This document shows, in pieces, positions 12,990-25,845 of a DNA stretch of 64,000 nt. Every line of letters starts with the position of its first letter. The stretch's first letter is position 1. The position numbers were made by a program, and so were the translations under genes. Source of the DNA: Phoronis australis (lineage: Eukaryota > Animalia > Phoronida). The stretch covers positions 1-64,000 of the forward strand of contig NMRA01000539.1 in assembly GCA_002633005.1 (NCBI GenBank), in the 5' to 3' direction. The notes under the pieces were generated by a model that was not told the DNA's origin, did no database searches, and saw nothing but the letters and a program-made list of their open reading frames with translations.

Positions 12990-13409
12990 TATGCTGCTGC
13001 TGCATTATTGAACTCTCTTAGCTCAGAAATTAAACGGTCCGATTCAATTAATGCTTTAAAACGTAATATTAAAAAGTGGCTGTAATTTATTTACCCATTC
13101 TTACACCTTACCTGTCTTAATTATGTCATGTTCCATTACTGTAAATACTCTCGTTATCTAGTATCATCTCTTAATTTAATTTTATCTCTTAGTCAAATTT
13201 TCATCATCCTTCATCATTTATTTATTATCTAAATTCTGAACCTGTTTTAATTGTTTCTTTGTTACACGTATTTAATCATTGTTTTACTACTTTATTGTGT
13301 TATAGTACTGTTTTATATTTTGTTGTTTAGGGCCCTCTTGGAAAGCAGTGTTGACACTGAAGAGGCCACCCTTGTTTTAAATATTACAGTAAATAAATAA
13401 ATAAATAAA
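12990..13409 (+). mobile_element. 5'-truncated L2/CR1-group LINE 3' end
   Basis: Relic ORF2 C-terminus AAALLNSLSSEIKRSDSINALKRNIKKWL* resembling the WNSLP..IK..FK..LK ending, AT-rich UTR, stem-loop (ctctt..cagtg/cactg..aagag) at about 13330-13366 and (TAAA)n tail. Confidence 0.65.
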
Positions 13410-13467
13410 GTTACAATAGAGGTTTGTTTCTTGGCTGGGAGAGAACTGACAATTTCTCAATGCTCAA

Positions 13468-13851
13468 GACCATGTTTGGTGCATGAAACAGCTCACTGAG
13501 ACCGTGTTCAGTATGTGAAACAGCTCACTGAGACCATGTTCTGTACGTGAAACAGCTCAGTGAGATTGTGTTCAGTGCATAAAACAGCTCACTGAGACCG
13601 TGTTCAGTACGTGAAACAGCTCTCTTAGACCGTGTTCGGTATGTGAAACAGCTTACTGAGACCGTGTTCGGTATGTGGAACAGCTCACTGAGACTGTGTT
13701 TAGTGCATTAACCAGCTCACTGAGACCATGTTCGGTACGTGAAACAGCTCACTGAGACTGCGTTTAGAGCATTAACCAGCTCACTGAGACCATGTTCAGT
13801 ACATAAAACAGTTCACTGAGGTCGTGTTCGGTTTGTAAAACAGCTCACTGA
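13468..13851. repeat. 32-bp minisatellite (aaacagctcactgagaccgtgttcagtacgtg), about 12 copies
   Basis: Direct inspection; ends about 200 bp upstream of the MFSD4-like ATG. Confidence 0.95.
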
Positions 13852-14045
13852 ACCTGATTTCAAGCCTAAAAATCCTCTGAATAAGGGACAAGTTGAACCA
13901 AATTTCACAGCACTTGTTTTGTGTGTTTGCTTTCAAAGTATTGGCAATTTTTTTCTCAACGACAAATAGTGGTTATGACTTCGTTTCAAGGTAGATTTCA
14001 ATATCTCATTATAGGTGGAGGCACTTTTGTAATTCCTTTTTGCAA

Positions 14046-14168
14046 ATGGCTGATGACGAGGATGACATCGTGTTCGACCGTGCGGGGCTTCTTGACAACC
14101 AGGTCAAGCCAACCATACGGCATAAAATGCCCAAAACGTTACTACTATTTGTTGCTTTTCTGGGCATT
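14046..14168 (+). CDS. MFSD4: MFSD4-like coding exon 1 (MADDEDDIVFDRAGLL...FVAFLGI)
   Basis: aaaATGG start context, 41 codons, ATT|gtaagt consensus donor, phase 0 joins GMCIAIPGPTL. Confidence 0.82.
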
Positions 14169-17100
14169 GTAAGTAATAATGCAGTGTTGAAAGGTTATCA
14201 ATGATTGTTTCGTTATAACTGTTACCTTATGTGATTAAATAAAACCCTGTTTGTTTCAGTTTGTTTTGATGTTAGGAAAGTCACTAGTCTTAATTTTGTT
14301 GATTGGAGAATCACTACAAATTATCTCCGTGATAGCTTGTGTTACAAATCTTTCACGAGAAAATGTTGGGGAAATTCAAGTCACTTCATTTTCTTATTGA
14401 CATGGGCTTGTAACCTAATGGTGACAATAGTCATTTTTGCATGTCCTTGATTTTGAGATCCAGTTTTATCCTCTAATAGTGCCAAGTGATTGGCTGGTTT
14501 TCAATGTCAGGAAACACCAGATGTCGCTATTGTCATGCTATCAGTGGAATATGCATCTAGATTTTTTATTTTATCTGGGACATTATCAACTAGCCTGTGC
14601 GTTTAACCAAGTATACAGTATACAAGGCTATAGAATCTAACTTTGTCTGTATTTTCCGAAATAAGAAAGCCTGTAGAATTTGTCATTAAATGGTCAATGT
14701 GATTGTGTCATTGTATAGAGATTTAGCAAAAAGGAACATAACAATTAGTAGTCAACAATATCAATAACCTATGACCACATTCCTTTAGAAACGAGCATTC
14801 AAGATGAAATGTCAAAAAGGCTGTTATAGTTTTGAAATTATCCTTTTGTTTCATGTAATATTTGATTTTCATTTAACTAGAGAAGTCCCAGTTTTCAGTA
14901 TATAGTCGAGCAGAGTTTCAAAAACAAATTCTGACGGTGTTTTGGAGAATAACGTGTAGTAAGCACTGACTTATTGTTGGATAGTTGGATTAAAGAGTTT
15001 GACTTTAATTACCGGAATTTCTCTGGTGAACTGATGTAGGCTGTAAGGAGAATTGGATACTAGTAGATCACTGCTTACTCCGACTGCTGGTCTGTCACCA
15101 AGTCCCAGTGACTAATCTCTTTACTAGAAATCAAACATTAAAAATAGTTATGTCATTTTTCGTCCCACTTGAATATCAACTCAAGATAATTGTCTATTAT
15201 TCTGTGCTCTGGTATATTATGGTTTACGTAGAGGAGTGTCTAGTCTGGTGCGCACTTGATGACCCCAAGATTCGAGCTATGAACTCAAGATTTGGAATAG
15301 AAACTTGAGATTTCTAGTTCTGACTCAAACTTGCAACTTTGATGCTGGAGTCATCAAGCGCAAATAGGATTACGGAATCATCCATGTAAAGCATATACTA
15401 GAGCACAAAATTATAGACATTATTTTAAGTTCGTATTCAAGACGAGAAAATGCTGAAAATATTTTTGAGTTCGATTTGAAGGAAAAAGTTTAGAACCTGA
15501 GACCTAATGGCAATTTACTTGTTAATGTATCCTTCTGTAACTGGCCAAGTCCTTTGGTGGAACTTCATAAAATCTGACAGAACTATGTGTTCCTATTAAG
15601 AAAACAACACCTGCCCACTTTTGCTTACCTTCGCCTTGTTCTGTTCCCCCTAATTTCAGTTTCTATCTGCCAATGAATTTGAATAATTGTTCCGAAATTT
15701 GATTTGTGTTTCTACTTCTAAAGTGAAGCCTAGCTTGAAATTGGTTTTGGTTACCTCCACCCCGTAGTGACAGTTTTAGTGTTTCGTTTTCCTGCCTAGT
15801 TTGATGGTGGTTCTTTGTGAAATGTGGCAGATAAGATTTTATCTAGGAGAGAACAGCGCTTGCCTCTTTTTGGACAGTTCCGACTTGTGCTGTTTTGCAT
15901 CAGCTCTTCTGAAAACCACTTTTGGTATCTGCCAAACCCTTTTAAGAATCATGGCATCTACCATAGGTTTCTATGAAAGTGAGCATGGCTGGTGTCGTTT
16001 ATAAGATGTGATTGGATTGCCGTGTATCCTCTATTATTTTTTACCTTTCTTGTAATCTCAGTATTTACCTAAATTGTATTTACCAATTCCCATGACCTAC
16101 TGTAACTTGTAAGTGTCGCTTAGTCTGAGGCACAAGTTTTGAAAAATTATCACCCCTTATATCTTAGCCATTTTGGACGCATGTAATGGGCATTTGTTTT
16201 CATTCTTTGTCGCTATTGCATTTAATTTCATGAGAATGTGTATGTATGTTAGAGATATGTCGTTTGTAAAATCGCCAATCTATCCTGTTTAACATACCAT
16301 GTTAATTCAGGGTAGTCAGTGATGTTCATTTTTAGAACTATTTTAACATTTCTGTTGCCAGTCCAGTGATGGTCATAGAAATGGCTGACCAAAACATTTG
16401 TTTCATACTAGTAGGCTTTAGGTTGGTGTTAACAGACTCAACCTCTAGGTTTCACAAGTGATGTTACTGCTTCACCGCTTCAAAGTGTTTCGAGGAAGTC
16501 GTAATGTTAAAGCAAAGCATACACTTTCTTTTCAAGGGCATGTGCATCGCCATACCTGGTCCCACATTGACCAATCTGCAGCAGACGGCAAACGTCACGC
16601 TCAATGAGATCAGCTTTATCTACTCAGCCCGTGCTCTCGGTTACCTCGCCGGCTCCGTTAGTGGCGGCATGTTGTTTGATTGGCTCAACCAGCAGATGGT
16701 GATCGCCCTGGCTATGCTGATCACAGCCATCACCACGACAGTGATACCCTTCTCACAGAGTATCACGCTAATGAGCTCCTTTGTGGCACTCCAGGGGTTG
16801 TCTATGGGTATAGTTGACACAGGTTAGTCTATTTACAGTTATATAGTAAGGATGAATCAAGTGATTTTATTATAATAATAATAATAATATGCGTATTCTT
16901 CACCTGCTTAGCACACAATATGGCCAATGCCTGTAAATTCATTTTGTCACATTTGTCAACAAAAGTGAGAGTTAACTTAAAGACAATTTTATTTTATTAA
17001 TAGATGGTTTATACTGATATTGTCAAACAAAGCAATTGGACATTTTTTGTTTTTTACCACATTGCTTGAAAAAAAATTACTCATTTCAGGTCAGGGAGTT

Positions 17101-20100
17101 ATGTCGATAAAAGTCGTTTCGAGTCCATGATTCAAGTAATACTTAGGTGGTCTACTAATTCTTGCACATTTTTATGCGCCCACATATTTATATGTGGACG
17201 CATTATGCCGTCATCTCTGTCCGTCCGTCCGTCCGGGCGGCGTCCGTCCGGCGTCTGGCGTCCGGCGTCCGCTGCTCTATCTCCAAAACCCTTTGACATA
17301 CGTTCATGAAATTTGGCACATATGTTCCATTCATGAATGGGACGGCATTTGCGAACTTTCGGACGGATCCGACTACCGGTGTGCCCCCTAGTGGCAATTT
17401 TAATTTTTTTACGCTTACCTTTGTATCTTCACAAGTCCTTATTGGATTTTCATGAAATTTGGTATGTAGGCACCTATTAGTGAGATGACGCTATCCTCCC
17501 GTTTTCAGATGGATTCGACATAGTTTGCGCCACCTAGTGGCCATTTTTAGTGTNCATTTTGTCACATTTGTCAACAAAAGTGAGAGTTAACTTAAAGACA
17601 ATTTTATTTTATTAATAGATGGTTTATACTGATATTTTCAAACAAAGCAATTGGACATTTTTTGTTTTCTACCGCATTGTTTGAAAAAAAATTACTCATT
17701 TTGGTCGTTATGTATGTGCAAAATCAGCAAACATTTCCACCTTGCTTTGTACTTATCCATGCAAGACTGCATAAAATGGGAAGTCGCGCAAGGGCGTTTA
17801 GAAGCGATATTTTGAGGGGCAGTTACCCAAATCATCAGTTCAGGTCAGGGAGTTTATGTCGATACAAGTCGTTTCGAGTCAATGATTCAAATAATACTTA
17901 GGTGGTCTACTAATTCATGCACATTGTATAGTGTGCTATTTTTACATGTGTTTGGGAAACCTGACTTTTCCTGCAGGTGGGCCTTAACAAAGACATCAGT
18001 ACCTGAACTATTAAAAGTGAAAATTCAGAGAATTCGAGTCTGGAGATTTTGCCAAATGTGGGTGAAAACCCTGACAAATGTATAAGTAATGCTTAGTGCC
18101 GTTTACAATAAACATTTCTAAATGGGTTCTTGTACAGCTATTGCAAGACTGACAGTTGCCTTATTTATGTATCACCTCACTGACGGGTCTACATATTGAG
18201 TAAAGTATTTACAAAACTGTAGAAAGTGTGCATCATATTTTTTGAAAGCGGAAAGCCTTTTGATTTTTTTATGAATAGTTTATTGGTATAAGTAGCATTA
18301 CAAATTTTACGACACGCACACGTACACGCACACACACACACACACTCTGCTATAGGGAGAACAGCATAAAGAGAATCCATAAGTGTACACCTGTACAAAA
18401 ATTTCTTTTGATTACAATTTTTTTAAATTTGTATTTTTCTGCATTGTAGTAATAAAGAATTTGTATTTTCGTTGGCAACTTCAAAAATTGGGATGAAGAA
18501 TTTTCAGTCTTCTTTTGTATATGTTTAGTTTTCCCAGACTTATTATAAGTTATATATTTTTGGTCCATCAAATTTCCCCCAAAAGCTTGACCCGTTTTTT
18601 GACAAATTCACTCCCTAAATGACGGAAAGCCTGTAGAATTTGATTTTTTGGTCACGTGACCAAGTAAGTATTTATAGGCTTACATTTATTCTCTTCTTGT
18701 TTTGCACAAAAATAATAATTGCCAATTTTTCTTTTTAATGGCTTAGCTGACTACCTTACTACAAATAGTGGAAACTAAATGGCTTCTACACAGTACATAC
18801 AAACCATGCTAGTAATAAACTAAAAACTTCTTTATCATTATTTTTGTGAAGAAATTTGACAGAATTTCACTTGTAGTCCATATTTTGCGCCAAATGAGTG
18901 AAAAATTACCCCAAGTCGGAAATTTAGATCTGTGCTCCACACGACTATTTCGGAAAGTGATTGAATCTCGTTTGAGCAAAAATCCGAGTCGGAAACAGCA
19001 TGAGACTGATTCTGTCTGAAATTGCCTAAATCAAAAGTAGGCTTTTGACAGAAGGCACGGGTTTGTTACTATCATCAAACACCACTATTCGCGACACCAT
19101 TTACATCTTCATGTGTGTTCAATTTTTCAGCATGTCCTCATTATTTTGCATGAACAAAAGTAAATCGTATGTATTCAATGTATTTACTCGTCTTCGAAAT
19201 ACCTTTTCCATCAAAGCGATGGTTCTACGTTTGTCACTATAGTTAGTTAATAAACGGTATGAGAAAAATGCTTTGTTCTAACTGAAGCCTGTTGTCACAT
19301 CATGCGCCGTTTTGTCTCTGCAGGTGGCAACGCCCTTCTCATTCACACATGGGGAAGAAAGACTGGTCCATACATGCAGGCATTGCATTTTTTCTTTGGC
19401 CTTGGAGCGTTCATTGCACCGCTGATTGCAGCACCGTTTCTTGCTACAAACGTCCCACCAGTGACCAACAATTTCACCAACATCACCAACAACATCACCT
19501 ACGACATCACCAATGGTTCGACCTTTCAAAATATGTCATATAATAGCACAACGCTGTCCTCTACAATGGTTGTTTCAACAACGGTGCTAAACAGTATTTC
19601 CCTCAGCAATGCGCCAACCACGACAGCTACTAAGGGGAAGAGGGACGTGCGCAGTGCAAACAATGCAATGGTGCAGTGGGATTTAATGCAAGACCTGATG
19701 TCCCGACGAAAACGGGATGCAGGAGAAAAAACGCCAGTTCACTCGACAACTCAAACGCCACCTTTAACGACCACATCACAGCTTGTATCTCCGAATGTTG
19801 TTCAACATTTGAAAGGCAGTTTAGTGACTAAGTTGAAGAACCTTGACCTTGATCGTTCCGAATTTGCTTACGTGACCATTTCCGCTCTCATGTTGTTCAT
19901 ATCGTGTCTCTTCTGGTTCAGCTGTTGCCAAGATCACTGCTCGATCATCGCTGTACGTAGCCATGAAGCTATGGAGATGTTGCGTAAAGAAAGCCGCTCA
20001 TTTAAGATTCAAATTCTTTTGCTCATTTTTATTTTCTACTTCAGCTACAAAGGTTTGGAAATCACATTTGGACAGTTTATCCCTACGTTTGTGAAGACGC

Positions 20101-20765
20101 GTTTTGGCTGGTCAGAAGAAAAAAGTGCTTTCGTTGTTGCCCTCTTTTGGGGCATGTTTGCACTTACACGGGCTCTGTCAATCTGTTTTGCCAAGTGTAT
20201 CGGCCCAACAAAGATGTTGATAATTGATTTAGGGATTTGCTTCATTGCCCTTCTAGTTATGATAATAGGACTCAAGAATCCGTTTTCTAATGCAGAGCTA
20301 GTAATTTGGTCAAGTTCAGCGCTGTTTGGCATGGGGCTCGCTTCCATCTTACCCACAGGGTTCACTTGGGCGGAGCGATACATGGAAGTCACGGGCAAGA
20401 CAACTTCAGTGTTTGTGGTCGGCTCTGCACTGGGCGAGACCATTGTTCCTCTCATTACAGGCTTCATTATGGACCGTGAGAAGACAGGGGCAATGTCGAT
20501 GGTGTATGTACTATCTGGGTGTTATTTTCTGTGTGCCATCGTCTTTATTTTCCTGCAGAACATGGCTTCTCGGCAAGGCGAGAGACCTTCTGTTACTTCC
20601 AAGCCGGCGTCATCGCACGCTGCCGCATTGAATGACGAACACATAGAAATGGAACCTGTCCGAGGGGACAGTGTCGGGAAGAAAAAAGTGACGTTCAACA
20701 TGAGTGAAAATAACGGTCCGAGAAATAAACTAAAAAAGCTCATTGCCGGCCAAAAGGCAGACTAG
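14046..20765 (+). CDS. MFSD4: MFSD4-family major facilitator transporter (sodium-dependent glucose transporter 1 / NaGLT1-like), 3 coding exons, 616 aa
   Basis: Exons 14046-14168, 16537-16822, 19324-20765 join in frame (1851 nt). Family-type motifs AFLGIGMCIAIPGPTL, GLSMGIVDTGGN, PYMQALHFFFGLGAFIAPL, YKGLEITFGQFI, FWGMFALTR; about 12 hydrophobic segments. A vs B paralog not resolvable. Confidence 0.88.
16537..16822 (+). CDS. MFSD4: MFSD4-like exon 2 (GMCIAIPGPTL...MGIVDT)
   Basis: tttcaag|GGC ... ACA G|gttagt, 286 nt, phase 0/1. Confidence 0.92.
17169..17550 (+). mobile_element. 3'-truncated HINE/pearl-like element
   Basis: Starts in a T run; hairpin ATGCGCCCACATA..TATGTGGACGCAT (17174-17203), (GTCC)n microsatellite, two core repeats of about 146 bp sharing catgaaatttgg and ctagtggc. 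Confidence 0.75.
19324..20765 (+). CDS. MFSD4: MFSD4-like terminal exon 3 (TM5-TM12 and C-tail)
   Basis: ctgcag|GT GGC AAC; long ORF 19302..20765 ending TAG. Confidence 0.93.
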
Positions 20766-22913
20766 ATTGTGAGTGTTCAGTTAATTTCTGAAAGCAGATT
20801 TAAATTTGTGCAACATCTTTCAGACTGTTGTCCTTTGATGGGTATTGTACATTCAGGTCCTAAGTTTTTCTGTGAAAAGTATGTTTTTGATGTTCATGAC
20901 ACTACTTTAAACAGCCTGTATGTTGTACCATGAACATGTCAAAAATGGTTCCTACAGGTTGTACCTGGGCTGTCAGAGGTTAGTACTTTAGATTTTGTGA
21001 TTGGGCTATTAATCACTGTGAGTTATTGGCTCTGTGTCTGATCTGGCCATTGGATTCAGACTCCCAACAAGCAGCATTTTTATGGTGCGGCCACAAATAT
21101 ATCTGGGGCCATATTATGTGAGTTCAGGTACTGTATCCAGAATGGAACCATTACTATGGGACATTATTGGATCTGTTTAGATTTCAATGTTAAATTCTTA
21201 ACTGAAGCACTTTGGCCTTAAAAACATGACTATACTCATTTGGTCTCGAGTCTTTAATGACTGCAACAAGTCACTGGCAATTTGTACCTGTGCCATTTTT
21301 TAAATTGATTTAGGGTTGGCCAATCCCTATAAACTCTGGTTTGTTTGTTTTTTTGAGTAGCTGATTGTTCTTATGTTCTTGATGGTAACTGATCGTCTTC
21401 ATTTTTAGTCATCTAAAGAAGTTGAAATGCTACTTTACAGAGTCAGACATAGTGCATGTGGAATTCTGGGAATGTGAATGAATTACACCCAATATGGGTA
21501 ATTACAGCGAGTTCTGACGGAATTTTTATGAGGAGGCTGATAGGACTTCCATACATAAGCAGATCAGCCACTAAAGCGAGCACTGGCCAGGTGTGGTATT
21601 TGTGGTCTTGTGAATAACTTTGTATGGTAACCCCTATCATGTAGATTATCATGGTGGGATGTAACCAATCGGTCTTCAACTGGGACGTCATGTGACCACT
21701 GTATTAAAGGTGAACTTTGATTTTCAAGCAATATTTTTCCATTATTTGCTCAATTATTTGAATATTAATTAGTTTTGATTTATTGTACATTTCTGTATAT
21801 TGCTTAATGCTAAATTTTCATTTCCTATTCCTTTTGATGAGAATCTCTAGGTATTTGATTGTGCAGGTGTTTTGGGTAGGAATGATACATGATTGTACAT
21901 TATAGGTATTTTAAGTTCAGAAGAGGAGTCAACTAGAGTTCAATTAAGACTCAACAATGTGAGACTTGTCTTGACATTTCTCTTTGATAGGTTTTCTCGT
22001 ATGTTTTTGTTTTTAGTTGTTCTTAAAGTTTGATTGTGAAGGTCACTCTCATTTCAACATAGATGAGTGATCATGTTGTGTACATAGAAGGTACATATTG
22101 CTCTGGACAGTTCCTGGGGGTTCTTGTGTCTAGACCAGTCTTTGGGGTGTTTGGACTGTGACAATTTCATAGTTCTCATGGTAACTTGAAATGGCCTTTA
22201 CATTAAAGTGGGACTTGTGCTTACCGGTGGTGCATTAGTTACTTACCAGTTTAGCCAGTGACATTAGTGAAAAATTCAAGTCGCTGTTCAGAGTGTATAT
22301 AACAGGAGATTTCCCTATAGGAATATACAAAGTTTCTTCAAATCACAACTAAAATAATGGCGTAAAGTGTCATTTTTTCATTTTTCAAACACTCGCTGTA
22401 TTGACAAAAATGTTTCAAATTTCATTCTGTGGTTGTTGATGACAGCCATAACACATTAACTAATCCAGTGAAATTGTCTTCTTGTTCACTTTTGTCGAAA
22501 ATTTTGATAAAGTAAAATGTCACTGTTGCGCCATTTTATGACCTAATGTGAAGAAATGTTACCAATAGGGGGCGCTTGGGTGTGACTTGGTGGGAGATAA
22601 TTTGCAAGCAGAAGAAGAGTTAGTATCTAGTAGCCATACATTGTAAATAATGGTACAGTGCTGCTACCCCATTGTCATGTCCAACTTCGTTGTGAAGGCC
22701 AAAAATTGAATCAAAATTGAAGCTACCATAAAGCCTGTGTTCCGTCCATGAAGGGAACTTTTCATTTAGACTGTTTAGTGTTGCATGATTGTTCTCAACC
22801 TGTTCCTTACTCAGATAAGAGGTCATTTCTGGGTTTGCAAAAAATTAAGAGTCCGATATTCCTCGAGAGACCGTGTTTGGGGCATAAAACGACACTAGGT
22901 GGCGAGCCTGAGT

Positions 22914-23160
22914 CTGGGGTCTGCTTCATGAAAGTGGCTGGAAATTGAAGTCAGAAATTTGGTCTTACGCTCCACACACTATAACTATTTCTGAAAATTA
23001 TTAAATCTCACTTGAGCAAAAGTGCAGTCGCTGAGAATGTGCACACAAGTGGTAGTTAAGGAGATGATTTCTGAAAATTATTTTCATGCTGCGATGCTTT
23101 CTTAATTGTTCGTCTAAACCTTTAACAATTTTGAATTGGGTGCCTAGGACCAAGTTTCAT
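22914..23160 (+). repeat. Decayed copy of the MITE at 31741-32000
   Basis: Shares cagaaatttggtctta, ataactatt, acttgagcaaaa blocks in the same order. Confidence 0.6.
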
Positions 23161-24401
23161 GTTACAAACTTGAAGGTATTTCATGTGCAATCCTAGCTTT
23201 TCCCTGCACTGTCTTGTGTTCAGTGCTTATTGGTTAACTATTTTCAGTCTCAACTGAGGGAAATTTGGTGTAATTCATAACTCCTTGCTTTCAGTTAGTG
23301 GCGTTGTTGAAACAGTGATTTTGACTTGTTGATTAATAAATGATCTTAATATGGGGCTTTTTTATCCGTTTATCAAAATGGTTTAGTTTCTTGAAAAAGA
23401 ATTGACTGTACTTTGAATCCAATTTTCTTAAAGGTATCCAATGCTATGCTCGTTAATCGATCCTTGGCGATTGTTTTTTTCATTTTATTTTTTATTTATT
23501 TTTTCCCAATTCCAAGATTAAAAGATGACTGTAGTAATAGTAATGCAGCAGTTAACCGGTTCTAACATACAAATAGAACTCGCGTTTGCCCGAGTTGCGC
23601 GCCAAAAAAAAGCTGATTCATATTTATTGTCGAAAAACGGAACGTTCAAAAAATAGTCCGTTCTCGCTCTAAACCTGCGTTGTAATTGTACTCCGCGGCA
23701 TCATTCAGATGTACTTATTTCGTACAAGTTTGCCATATTTAACAGTATTAAATTTGGGTCTGACCAAGTTAAACCCGGTTTAATACAGGTCTAAAGAATA
23801 TAGACATAGTTGGTGAAATGAAACCTGACCAGGTCTAAACTGGAGTTAAACCAGGTTTTACTAGATCACTGTTCTAAAAGTTAAACCACCTTTATAAAAT
23901 GCAGATTATCTTTCAACCTGGTCTAAGTCCAGTTTAAACCAGGTTTAAAAAAACACTTCTATGAAATCCGCTGGTAATGTCCACATACTGCAAGAAGTTC
24001 AAAAAGTCACCAACTGAGGGTGATAACAGAACAAAATCTTGGGCATGCATAAGGTGATTGATGTACGCAGGAGATAATACACAGGCAATCGTACAGTCAT
24101 CCTAAGGTGAGCCAAGTCCATCCGTGTACACATTGGAAAAGTTGCCCGATCTTGTCTTATGCTATTTGAAGCTTAGAAGAATGTTGACCGAAATGGACTT
24201 TTCACTGATGGAGACTATTCGACTTGAGATTATAGTTCGCTTCGGTGTATTAGGCTAATTATTACCGTGTTAATGTTAACCAAGAAAACAGATACTTCAA
24301 CTTTAAAAAAGTACCCACCTCTAGTTATTAAAATGACATCATGAAACCGTTAGATTCTAGGAGCGGCGCCGCACCATGGGGGGCTCGCCCCCCCCCCCCC
24401 C

Positions 24402-25061
24402 NNNNNNNNNNNNNNNNNNNNNNNNNNNNNNNNNNNNNNNNNNNNNNNNNNNNNNNNNNNNNNNNNNNNNNNNNNNNNNNNNNNNNNNNNNNNNNNNNNN
24501 NNNNNNNNNNNNNNNNNNNNNNNNNNNNNNNNNNNNNNNNNNNNNNNNNNNNNNNNNNNNNNNNNNNNNNNNNNNNNNNNNNNNNNNNNNNNNNNNNNNN
24601 NNNNNNNNNNNNNNNNNNNNNNNNNNNNNNNNNNNNNNNNNNNNNNNNNNNNNNNNNNNNNNNNNNNNNNNNNNNNNNNNNNNNNNNNNNNNNNNNNNNN
24701 NNNNNNNNNNNNNNNNNNNNNNNNNNNNNNNNNNNNNNNNNNNNNNNNNNNNNNNNNNNNNNNNNNNNNNNNNNNNNNNNNNNNNNNNNNNNNNNNNNNN
24801 NNNNNNNNNNNNNNNNNNNNNNNNNNNNNNNNNNNNNNNNNNNNNNNNNNNNNNNNNNNNNNNNNNNNNNNNNNNNNNNNNNNNNNNNNNNNNNNNNNNN
24901 NNNNNNNNNNNNNNNNNNNNNNNNNNNNNNNNNNNNNNNNNNNNNNNNNNNNNNNNNNNNNNNNNNNNNNNNNNNNNNNNNNNNNNNNNNNNNNNNNNNN
25001 NNNNNNNNNNNNNNNNNNNNNNNNNNNNNNNNNNNNNNNNNNNNNNNNNNNNNNNNNNNNN
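24402..25061. other. Assembly gap (N run)
   Basis: Ns flanked by poly-C and (CA)n. Confidence 0.99.

Positions 25062-25147
<86 letters not shown>
25062..25147. repeat. (CA)n microsatellite
   Basis: About 43 CA units abutting the gap. Confidence 0.98.
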
Positions 25148-25149
<2 letters not shown>

Positions 25150-25845
25150 CATACCCCGCACCTAATCCTCTTGACTACTAAGAAAAACAATTTCAAAGTT
25201 ACACCATCTTTTTTGAAAAAATTCTGAATTCAAATCCTTTCGAGTACTATATCTTTCACCCATATAATATTTTTGATGAAGTTAAAAAATCTACTTAGAA
25301 GTAATCTTTTTTTATCCGAACTTTTGGGTATAAATAAACTGTTTACCCAATGAAACAATGTTTTTAAATTTTTTCTTTTTATCAAAAAAGCCAAAAATAA
25401 TATTGTAGCAGGAGAGAGTACCGACACACTGGGGATTTGCTTTGTTTAAAATCTCGTTATTAACTTTTGTCAAAATTAGTGCAATTATTAGTCGAGGTTA
25501 GAAAGAGCGTTAGTGCCAACCGACACCAATGAATTGGCACTAGCTGAACAAGAAAAGTAACAAAGGCGTACAGGAGAATGGTGAAACTTTTGATAGATCA
25601 GCAGACTAAATTCTTTGAGTTTAGACGAGGTCATGCGGGGTCGAATATCTTGGATTAATCACAAACAGGTGTCGGAGTGTGGAACTGGTGGCTGACCCAG
25701 CAGTAGGCTGGGGAATATATTTCGACACTTCATTTTATTAATTATGTCAGTACTGCCGTCAAGGGTTTGAAATGAGCACGTTCAGTACATCAGTACATAT
25801 ATCGGACTTAATTACCACAAAAACGATAACTCGACACAAACAAAA

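Noticed and set aside
13468-13851. Regular 32-bp repeats resembling a CRISPR array
   Set aside because: Head-to-tail units with no unique spacers, no cas genes, eukaryotic context: a minisatellite.
20045-20743. Antisense and alternate-frame ORFs in MFSD4 exon 3
   Set aside because: Shadow ORFs of a real coding exon.
24328-25227. Long ORFs of 264-283 aa
   Set aside because: Artefacts of the N gap and (CA)n; the same applies to 34145-34660.
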